Positions 56,571 to 64,000 of a stretch of DNA of 64,000 nucleotides are shown here, one piece after another (positions within the stretch are counted from its first letter, which is position 1; each line of letters begins with the position of its first letter). Below the pieces are notes generated by a model that saw only the letters and a list, made by a program, of their open reading frames with translations, was not told where the DNA came from and made no database searches. The DNA is from Minisyncoccota bacterium (GTDB lineage Bacteria; Patescibacteriota; Minisyncoccia; Phycocordibacterales; UBA9973). The stretch is from contig JBAYHR010000001.1 in assembly GCA_041666045.1 (NCBI GenBank), positions 119,460 to 183,459 on the forward strand, given 5' to 3'. Made by a program: the position numbers and the translations under genes.

Positions 56571-57224
56571 TTACATTATATTCCATTCTGGATTTTCTTT
56601 TGTCCATTTTGAAATATCAGTTTTATCAATTCCATGAAAACCAAACTCATTCGTCCAAACACTCCCATATTTTATAGGCAAACTAGGATCACATATTGAT
56701 CCTTCAATACTGAACTTACTTGCAACTAATTCTGGAGCAAAAACAATTCCTTGCTTTTTTAAGTAATCACCATATATTCTACAAATACAGTGATCTTCTG
56801 GATGAAACTGTTGTATAAAATTATCTTTCTGTAAAATATCCAGTAATTTTTTGCTTCGCAAACTAAAACCTCCATTACCAACATTATATTCATCATCATA
56901 CCACCATGGTGCCCCAATATAATCATATTTTAAAAATTCATCTGTCCACGCATTCGGATTAAGAATGAATCCATCATATTGAATAATAAGTACAAATTCA
57001 GTATCAACAAAATCATTTAATTTTTTTATTAAAAATTTAGAATATTCTTCTTTTGAATTAATAGAATCAATAGGTATAATTCTAGGGTCATCGTCTTTAA
57101 TTGATGACAATAATTTAATAGACCCAAATTCAAAATCTTTTTGACAAATATCTGCTACCAACTTTAAACGTTCAACATTCACACAATCTAATCCTAAAAG
57201 AGTTACATTGGATAATTTTTTCAT
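56571..57224 (-). CDS. hypothetical protein, possibly DUF5672-like (glycosyltransferase-associated)
   Basis: A GNGGFSLRSKKLL motif that I associate with DUF5672. This is low-confidence recall. Confidence 0.3.
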   Translation of the reverse strand: MKKLSNVTLLGLDCVNVERLKLVADICQKDFEFGSIKLLSSIKDDDPRIIPIDSINSKEEYSKFLIKKLNDFVDTEFVLIIQYDGFILNPNAWTDEFLKYDYIGAPWWYDDEYNVGNGGFSLRSKKLLDILQKDNFIQQFHPEDHCICRIYGDYLKKQGIVFAPELVASKFSIEGSICDPSLPIKYGSVWTNEFGFHGIDKTDISKWTKENPEWNIM

Positions 57225-57236
57225 AATTTTTTAAAT

Positions 57237-58379
57237 TTAAAAAAGTGTATACAATAGATAAAGTCCAGCTCCTGCCCATATAGCATATATCCAGTTTGCT
57301 AATAAATAAAGTCCTGTATATAGGATAAGTCTTCCGGAGTGTATCATTATTTCTCTAAATATTATAAATGGTAAACCATCCCCAGTTTCATTAGCTATGT
57401 CGTACGACCTTGCTCCAAATGAAAGCGAAATCATTGTGTTTGAAATACCACTAGCCGAATTAAGTACAAATAATCCATATATGCTTTTTGTAAAAGATTT
57501 TATAATCCAAAGTATCGCTTCAATTATCCCACCAAGACTTAACATAAGTTTCTTGTTAATATCAACGAGTTTCCCTATAATTACATTCATAGCTAAGCTA
57601 AATATATTTCCTAAAAATGATGCAACACCCAACACTTCATATTTATTAGTTATGTTTAGGAAGATAAAAACTGGCCAAACAAAATCATTAAGCATATTAT
57701 CTATCCCGTGAACCATAAACACAATTGCATGGCGTAATTTTTTACTCACAAAAACTTCTTTAACACTCAAATCATCACGAATTTTATTTTCATAAGAAAA
57801 ATATAACGGAAGAGTAGAAAGAGCAAAAACAATTAAAACAACTATTCCAAGTACCTTTATCCCCATAAATGCAAGAATTAATCCTCCAATAAGTGGAGCT
57901 GGTAATCCAACGATTCCTGAAATTAAATCTTTTACACCAAGCTGTATTCCCCTTTTTCCTTCGTTAGTTGAGCGTGTCGCTTGAGTATGATACCAGATGG
58001 CATAAAATACATCACTAATTTGTTTTAATAGGGCTAAAACAAAAAGTGGTGTTCTAAAAGAAGGAAGCATTATTAAAAGATATACAAATGCCATATACGC
58101 AAATGTACTTATAAAGTTCATTTTTTTAAATCCTAATTTACAAGATATTTTAGTTGCCGGTATAACAAAAAGAATATGAAAAATACTTTCTAACAAATAC
58201 ATCAAAACAATCACCTTAAGTGAGTATCCAAGGTTAATCAAGTAAAGGGGAATAAATATGTTAAGCATTCCTTTTCCAAAACTTCGTATTCCTTCTGTCA
58301 CAAATATTTCACTTAACTCTCTGTTACCGAAAGAAATTTTTTGTTTTATTTTAGTGTAAAATATATAAATTTCTTTCAT
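57237..58379 (-). CDS. polytopic membrane transporter, MFS-like
   Basis: About 10-12 predicted TM helices in 380 aa. Confidence 0.5.
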   Translation of the reverse strand: MKEIYIFYTKIKQKISFGNRELSEIFVTEGIRSFGKGMLNIFIPLYLINLGYSLKVIVLMYLLESIFHILFVIPATKISCKLGFKKMNFISTFAYMAFVYLLIMLPSFRTPLFVLALLKQISDVFYAIWYHTQATRSTNEGKRGIQLGVKDLISGIVGLPAPLIGGLILAFMGIKVLGIVVLIVFALSTLPLYFSYENKIRDDLSVKEVFVSKKLRHAIVFMVHGIDNMLNDFVWPVFIFLNITNKYEVLGVASFLGNIFSLAMNVIIGKLVDINKKLMLSLGGIIEAILWIIKSFTKSIYGLFVLNSASGISNTMISLSFGARSYDIANETGDGLPFIIFREIMIHSGRLILYTGLYLLANWIYAIWAGAGLYLLYTLF

Positions 58380-58383
58380 AGTG

Positions 58384-59610
58384 TTATAAATTTTCTTTTA
58401 ATTTTTGAAATCTCATCATTCTTCCACCAACTGCAAAAGTAAATGCGAGCATTAACATTAAGAATGCTAATCCGAAGTATACGACACGCGTATCATAAAC
58501 GTCTATTAAAATACCAGCGACAAGCGGACCAGTCATAATACCAATATTTATTATACTCTGCATAAAACCATCCACTCTGCCAAAATGTTCTGAATTTGCA
58601 TAAAAAGAAGTGAGCTCCATTTTACCAACATGGATAAATTCTTGAATAATACCAATCAAGAAAGCCAATAGTATTTGCCAACCATATATGTGCGTATTAC
58701 CTAAAAATAGAAGCAAGACACCATAAGCAATCAATCCATATACAAACACCCGCATACCTTTTTTATCAAATAATTTTCCTAAAACCCAACCAAAAAGAAC
58801 AGGAATTGTAACAATCACACCAAGAAGAATAATTGGAGTATAACCAGATCCTTCAGTGAACATTTGAATTGGTAAAAAAAATGAAATTATTGAACCCGTA
58901 AAAGCTATAAAGAAATTAAATCCTGTTATTAATTTTAATTGCAAATTCCAACTTTTAAATTCTCTTATCAAGTCTTTGTAATTTGCTTTCTGACCGTCGG
59001 CAACTACTGGTGCAGAATCATTCTTCCTGCCCCATTTCCACACTATGAAAATTGAAATAATAACAGTTGGAACTATCAAAAACAAAAGCCAATGTATCGA
59101 CACAAATTTTACTAAAATAATTCCAAACAATGCAGCCACTATCCACCAAAAATTTGCCACAGTATCAAAATATCCAAAAACTGTCGCGAGTTTGGAAGGT
59201 AGATTGTTGCGTCTGAAATATGTTTCTCTTCCCACAGAATCAAGTGCAGCACCAAATCCATTAAACAGTCGAGCGATGACAATAAAAATAGCAAGTCCAG
59301 TTAAACCAGCAAATAAATAACTTGTTCCGACAATTACATACAAACTCAAACCTATTAAAATAATAGTTGTGGGTTTGATACGATCAGCAAATATTCCTGC
59401 AAGTGGAAGCATTATAATAAGAGCAATTTCATACATTGATTTCAAAAGTCCCGCCTGCGCATAACTTGTCGCAAATGAAAAAATAAAAACCGAAATTAAT
59501 GTTTCAGCAAAGCCCCAACCTATCCATCTAACAGAAGTGGCATAAGTAAGCACTCGTGTACCTATTGAAATATCCTTCTCTTTAAAGAAATTTAAAAACA
59601 ATCTTACCAT
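58384..59610 (-). CDS. MFS transporter
   Basis: A 12-TM pattern with MFS-like loops (GxxxDRxxxK-like region). In tandem with the transporter at 57237-58379. Confidence 0.55.
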   Translation of the reverse strand: MVRLFLNFFKEKDISIGTRVLTYATSVRWIGWGFAETLISVFIFSFATSYAQAGLLKSMYEIALIIMLPLAGIFADRIKPTTIILIGLSLYVIVGTSYLFAGLTGLAIFIVIARLFNGFGAALDSVGRETYFRRNNLPSKLATVFGYFDTVANFWWIVAALFGIILVKFVSIHWLLFLIVPTVIISIFIVWKWGRKNDSAPVVADGQKANYKDLIREFKSWNLQLKLITGFNFFIAFTGSIISFFLPIQMFTEGSGYTPIILLGVIVTIPVLFGWVLGKLFDKKGMRVFVYGLIAYGVLLLFLGNTHIYGWQILLAFLIGIIQEFIHVGKMELTSFYANSEHFGRVDGFMQSIINIGIMTGPLVAGILIDVYDTRVVYFGLAFLMLMLAFTFAVGGRMMRFQKLKENL

Positions 59611-59722
59611 TCAGTAATTATAGCAAAATATGAAAGAATAAAAATTTGACTTATAAACAATTTCATGCTAAATTAACAAAAAGCTCACCAATGTAAATAA
59701 CATTCTTTAAAAACATAATATT

Positions 59723-60373
59723 ATGGAAAAAATAAAAATTTTACTAGTAGATACAATAATATCTATTAGATCTGGTCTAATCACTTTTTTAGACCAAAAA
59801 CATTTTGAAGTTATAACTTCAAATAAAAAAAATTTTTTAAATTCTTATGAAAATAAAAAACCAAATATTGTCATTTTTGAATTACTGTCATTAGAAAATG
59901 ACAAGGAAAAAATATCTACAATAAGAAACGATATAATAACGTTTCCTGAAATGAAATTCATAGTTATTTCAATAATAAATGATAGTAAATTAGGCAAATA
60001 CATATTGGAAATTGGCGGAAGAGTTGTCTCTAAAAGAGATGGTTTTGATAAATTATTAGAAGTAATTGTAGAAGTATTAAAAAATAATAATCACTTACCA
60101 CAACAATTAGATAAAATTCCAAATGAAAAATCTTTTTCTTTTGATTCTAAAAAAAATCGAAAAACCTATACAAGTGAAATTAAAAAAGAAATTTTATGTT
60201 TCATTTGCAATGGACTAAATTCAAAAGAAATTGGTGAAAAAGTTCATAAATCACCAAAAACAATCGATAATATTCGTTCAGAAATGCTCGAAGAAACAAA
60301 AAGTAAAAATATGGCTCAATTGGCTGTTTGGTCTATAAAAACTGGAATTGTAAAATTAGATGATTTAGACTAA
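59723..60373 (+). CDS. LuxR/FixJ-family HTH regulator with an atypical receiver-like N-terminal domain
   Basis: The C-terminal HTH reads LNSKEIGEKVHKSPKTIDNIRSEMLEETKSKNMAQLAVW. The receiver-like N-terminus has E where the phospho-acceptor Asp is expected (IVIFELLSL). Confidence 0.55.
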   Translation: MEKIKILLVDTIISIRSGLITFLDQKHFEVITSNKKNFLNSYENKKPNIVIFELLSLENDKEKISTIRNDIITFPEMKFIVISIINDSKLGKYILEIGGRVVSKRDGFDKLLEVIVEVLKNNNHLPQQLDKIPNEKSFSFDSKKNRKTYTSEIKKEILCFICNGLNSKEIGEKVHKSPKTIDNIRSEMLEETKSKNMAQLAVWSIKTGIVKLDDLD

Positions 60374-60506
60374 ATAATTTAAAAAAACATAAAAAAGCGA
60401 TTAAAATATTAATCGCTTTTTAATTTTGCTTGACAAATAAGGTCAAATATAGTAGTATATAATTAAATATTAATAATTAATTTGTACATTTAAATAAACA
60501 GAAAAA

Positions 60507-61289
60507 ATGAAAAAAATCGCTTTAACAGTAATGGTTGTTCTAGGAGCAATCTTTGCAAATTTGTCTTTTGGACAGAATCAGAAATTACCTTTTGGAAAAG
60601 CATCTAATAAAGATGGATCTATGTATCACATAAAAGAAGATGGTACTCCACTTTATGGTAGCCTAGAAAAGTTAATAACTTTTGAAGAAATCAATGATTT
60701 CAAAATTGTTTGTGGTGATACTATATGCATCATAATAGATGACAATGGCTTGTCCCGTATTATAAACACAAAAGGACAATATATTTTTCCATTAGCTTTT
60801 GAATCTATTTCAGAATTTGATTCAAGTGGTTATGCAATTGCCTCAAATGAATTCGGTAAATTTCCTATCCATATAAAAAAAGGAAGATTAAATGGGAAAA
60901 ATCATAAAGATGTTCAACCTTTTGAAGATGGACTTGCAATTGTTACTGACAAACTAAAAGAAATAGAAATGTATTTTATAGACTCAACTGGTAACAAACC
61001 AGCTAGTTGGCCTAAAGAAAAATACAAAGAAGTACGACCTTTTACATACGACTGCGCATGGATTAAGAAAAAAGATGGTTATTTTTATCTCGTAAACAAA
61101 AAAGGTATTACTGAATTGAATTCTAATAAATACGACAAAGTAAACCCTGTTGCTAATCAAAAAGGAAAGTTTGTAGCTGAAATTAATAATGTACTTTTTG
61201 AAATAACAATTTTTGAAAATAATGAAATAAAAATGGTTATAGCAACCAATTCAAAAGAAAAAAAGGATAAAATAGACAAAAAAGGATAA
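60507..61289 (+). CDS. secreted protein with WG-like beta repeats
   Basis: A signal peptide, then repeated segments resembling KWG/WG repeats (FEDGLAIV, DCAWIKKKDGYFYLVNKKG). Confidence 0.4.
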   Translation: MKKIALTVMVVLGAIFANLSFGQNQKLPFGKASNKDGSMYHIKEDGTPLYGSLEKLITFEEINDFKIVCGDTICIIIDDNGLSRIINTKGQYIFPLAFESISEFDSSGYAIASNEFGKFPIHIKKGRLNGKNHKDVQPFEDGLAIVTDKLKEIEMYFIDSTGNKPASWPKEKYKEVRPFTYDCAWIKKKDGYFYLVNKKGITELNSNKYDKVNPVANQKGKFVAEINNVLFEITIFENNEIKMVIATNSKEKKDKIDKKG

Positions 61290-61295
61290 TTTTTT

Positions 61296-61335
61296 CTTAA
61301 AACATAAAATCCTCGTTGAATTAAACTCAACGAGG
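61296..61335. terminator. bidirectional terminator (13-bp stem AAATCCTCGTTGA/TCAACGAGGATTT)
   Basis: Between the convergent genes 60507-61289 and murF. Confidence 0.65.
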
Positions 61336-61359
61336 ATTTTTTATTTCTTATTTTTTATT

Positions 61360-62655
61360 TTATTCTTTATTCAACCATTCTTTATCTTGCCGTACCAATA
61401 ACTTATCTTTATTTTCTTTATCCTTAAGGATAGTCGCCACAATACGCTCCATACGCATACCTTGAGATCCTTTCACTAAAATAAGATCATTCTTTTTAAT
61501 AAAAGTTTCTAGAAACTCCCCTGTTTCCTTGGAATCTAAAAATTCAAAAATATCTTTTTCTTTCATTCCAGCCTCTATTGCTCCTTCTTTTATCTTCTTT
61601 GCTCTGTTGCCCACAACAACAAGTATTTTCACATTTTCTTCTGCAATTTTACCTATATTTTTATGTGCATCTTCTGTGTGCTTACCAAGCTCTAACATAT
61701 CTCCCAAAACTGCTATTTTTCTCCCTTTTAATTTTATATCTGATAAAGTTTTTAATGCTGATTCGCAAGCAAAAGGAGAAGAATTATAAGTATCATCTAT
61801 AATCAACGAATCTTTTATACCATCCAGTAAACACATTCTGCCTGGAGGTACTTCGTATCGCTTTAATGCCTCAACGGCATTCAACATATTAAATTTCAAA
61901 CCAAAAGCTAATGCTAAAGATGCTAAAGATGCATAAACATGATTTCTTCCAAATACTCCTTCTATAATTACGGGCAAACTTTTTCCATCTTCATCTACTC
62001 TAAAAACAATACCTTGAAGCTTCCCGTCTTCTGTATAAAAAATATTCTCCTCAGAGCCGAGCACATCTGCTCCTTCTTTAAATCCATAAGTCATCACGCG
62101 ATTCTTCGTTTTCCCTTTCATGCTAGCTACAGCTTCATCATCAAAATTCAAAACCAAAAGTCCATCTTTTTTTAATGTTTTTATGAGTCCGCTTTTTTCT
62201 TTTATTAAATGTTCTCGTGAATTAAAAAATTCAATATGCACTGGAGTGTCTCCTATTGTTGTAAATATAACTGCATCAGATTTCACCCAAGAAGCTGTTT
62301 TTTTCATATCACCTGGCTTACCAACACCAACTTCAAGAACAAGCCATTGGGGATATTTATGAGGCAAAATAAAAAGCAAAAATCCTTTTAAAATATTTTT
62401 CAACCAAATATAAGGATCATCCCAACCATTTGGACACCCTAAAATAGTAAGGGGTAACCCTATTTCACTGTTATAACTTTTTTCACTTTTGCGAACATAA
62501 GCAAATTGTGAAATTATTGCGTAAACTGCATCTTTTGTAGAAGTTTTGCCAACAGATCCAGTGATAGTAATAACTTTTGGTTTATATTTCCAAAGTACAA
62601 GCTGTGATTCTATTTTTAAAATTAATGATATTATATTTTTAAAAGTTTCTTTCAT
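61360..62655 (-). CDS. murF: UDP-N-acetylmuramoyl-tripeptide--D-alanyl-D-alanine ligase
   Basis: The Mur ligase P-loop ITGSVGKTSTKD and the central and C-terminal domains are present. Confidence 0.9.
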   Translation of the reverse strand: MKETFKNIISLILKIESQLVLWKYKPKVITITGSVGKTSTKDAVYAIISQFAYVRKSEKSYNSEIGLPLTILGCPNGWDDPYIWLKNILKGFLLFILPHKYPQWLVLEVGVGKPGDMKKTASWVKSDAVIFTTIGDTPVHIEFFNSREHLIKEKSGLIKTLKKDGLLVLNFDDEAVASMKGKTKNRVMTYGFKEGADVLGSEENIFYTEDGKLQGIVFRVDEDGKSLPVIIEGVFGRNHVYASLASLALAFGLKFNMLNAVEALKRYEVPPGRMCLLDGIKDSLIIDDTYNSSPFACESALKTLSDIKLKGRKIAVLGDMLELGKHTEDAHKNIGKIAEENVKILVVVGNRAKKIKEGAIEAGMKEKDIFEFLDSKETGEFLETFIKKNDLILVKGSQGMRMERIVATILKDKENKDKLLVRQDKEWLNKE

Positions 62656-62775
62656 CCCGTACGAAATAGGAAATCTTTAGATTTCCGTAGTTAACTTATT
62701 TATAATAATTTCTATATACTTCATAATTTATTTATCCCAAGAAACATAATTTAACTTCTTAATTTCGTACGGGAT
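62654..62775. repeat. inverted-repeat element, copy B
   Basis: 14-bp perfect terminal inverted repeats ATCCCGTACGAAAT at 62654-62667 and ATTTCGTACGGGAT at 62762-62775. The internal perfect palindrome GGAAATCT-TT-AGATTTCC lies at 62669-62686, and the left arm overlaps the murF start codon. Confidence 0.7.
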
Positions 62776-62786
62776 TCATTAATTTT

Positions 62787-64000
62787 TTACCTATCAGGTG
62801 GAACTTCATAATAATTTAATAAAAATTTTGTTAAATCTAGAAATGGATCTGCCCAAGTTTGTGAAGCATAAGAAACTCCTTTAGGATTTACAGCATAAAG
62901 AAAAATTATAAATTTAGGATCATATGCGGGGAAATATCCAAAAAAAGAATGTGTATGCCTATCTTCATAATATCCTCGCCCATCTTCTTTAGCAACTTGC
63001 GCTGTACCAGTTTTAACTGCAACAGAATAATGATCCATTTTAGCAAGACCACCTTTCAATGATTTATCCATCACAGTTACCAACATTCTAGTAATTTCTT
63101 CTGAAGTTTTTTCTGAAATTTTTACACGGGAAGTCGGATAAGATATTTCTTTTTCTGTACCATCATTATATTTTATAGTTTTTGCAATATGCGGGACAAC
63201 TAAATTTCCTCCATTAGAAAGTGAAGCTAAGGCGCGAATAATCTCAACTGGAGTAAGCGCTATCCCTTGCCCGAAAGACGCATTCGCATATTCAAGATCA
63301 CGTGGACTTTGCAAATTTGACACTAATCCGCTTGTTTCATTAGGCAGGTCAATCCCTGTCTTTTTTCCTATGTCATAAGAAAGTAAATAATTTCGCATAT
63401 TTTCATGTCCTAATTTATTAAATACAAATACCATACCAGTGTTTAATGATTGATTCAAAACTTCTTGCATATTTACCACACCACGGGCTTTTTTATCAAA
63501 ATTATATATTTGTTTATTTTCAACAATCACAGAACCTTTGTCGTCATATTTAGTTTCTGCAGTTACAACACCAACATCAAGGGCGGCTGCCATAACTAAA
63601 GGCTTCACAACAGAACCAAATTCAAAAACATTTTCCACTAATGGATTTGAAAAAGTTGAAACATCTTTTATTTTAGAAAAATTATTTAAATCAAAATCAG
63701 GCTTCACTCCCATTGCATAGACAGAACCATCAATAGGATTCATTATTATTCCACCAATAGAATCAACATTGTATTTCTGTTTAACTTCTGTAAGTTTTTT
63801 TTCTAAAAATCCCTGAACTGCCGGTTCTATCGTTGTAACTATATTTCCAGCTTTTACATCATTTTTAAATAAAGTTTTATTAATATTTGAAAAAACTTCA
63901 GCAAAAAAATTTACATACGGATTATCTTTATTTCTCGCAAGCTCCTTATTATATTGTCTTTCAAGACCATAACGTCCGCTAAGTTCATCCCCTTTATATC
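62787..64000 (-). CDS. penicillin-binding protein transpeptidase (PBP2/FtsI-like), 5' end beyond the window
   Basis: SxxK (SVVK), SGN-like and KTG (KTGTAQ) motifs are present. The frame stays open upstream of the tracked Met at 63743 (...TIEPAVQGFLEKKLTEVKQKYNVDSIGGIIMNPIDG), so the N-terminal domain continues past 64000. Confidence 0.85.
   Translation of the reverse strand, partial: YKGDELSGRYGLERQYNKELARNKDNPYVNFFAEVFSNINKTLFKNDVKAGNIVTTIEPAVQGFLEKKLTEVKQKYNVDSIGGIIMNPIDGSVYAMGVKPDFDLNNFSKIKDVSTFSNPLVENVFEFGSVVKPLVMAAALDVGVVTAETKYDDKGSVIVENKQIYNFDKKARGVVNMQEVLNQSLNTGMVFVFNKLGHENMRNYLLSYDIGKKTGIDLPNETSGLVSNLQSPRDLEYANASFGQGIALTPVEIIRALASLSNGGNLVVPHIAKTIKYNDGTEKEISYPTSRVKISEKTSEEITRMLVTVMDKSLKGGLAKMDHYSVAVKTGTAQVAKEDGRGYYEDRHTHSFFGYFPAYDPKFIIFLYAVNPKGVSYASQTWADPFLDLTKFLLNYYEVPPDR

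Overview
This is a 64-kb AT-rich (roughly 30% GC), gene-dense window with short, compact housekeeping genes. It encodes a truncated dnaX, a minimal F-type ATP synthase operon, an RRM-type RNA-binding protein, and weak or absent Shine-Dalgarno sequences. This resembles a reduced-genome bacterium (Patescibacteria/CPR-like); that placement is inference only. The standard genetic code appears to apply: most stops are TAA, and TGA is used as a stop in dus and rmuC. Recognisable content is: dnaX, dus, serS, dprA, topA, rel, parB, murA, miaA, rpmG, alr-ddl-rseP-frr, holB-like, mreB, a priA-like gene, rsmI, a PEBP-family gene, an HhH-GPD glycosylase, the atpIBEFHAGDC operon, an RRM protein, rpmE-prfA, an SLT-domain protein, rplY, fba, gatB, an IS200/IS605-like Y1 transposase element, obg, a MYG1-like gene, a DedA gene, a YqeY-like gene, a DnaQ-like exonuclease, rmuC, an accessory-looking locus (P-loop protein, Cys-Ntn hydrolase, DUF5672-like protein, two MFS-like transporters, a LuxR-type regulator), murF, and a partial PBP transpeptidase. 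Five tRNAs are present: Gln-UUG, Leu-CAA, Trp-CCA, Ile-GAU and Glu-CUC. The most unusual signals are non-coding. (1) A palindrome-bearing inverted-repeat element of about 122 bp sits immediately 5' of the frr and murF start codons, overlaps each ATG, and has a related short hairpin in the rel leader. (2) Two different pairs of about 85-bp duplicated promoter-leader modules precede unrelated hypothetical genes; one pair flanks the IS200-like insertion. (3) Partial duplications of tRNA ends lie beside tRNA-Trp and tRNA-Ile, the former enclosing a GC-rich segment that may be a structured RNA. (4) An in-frame TAA separates the DprA Rossmann domain from its winged-helix domain. Other items are a membrane protein built of 16-residue tandem repeats, a novel domain shared by a secreted protein and a P-loop protein, a PriA homolog with degenerate ATPase motifs, and two promoter/small-ORF/terminator modules in apparently empty intergenic gaps.
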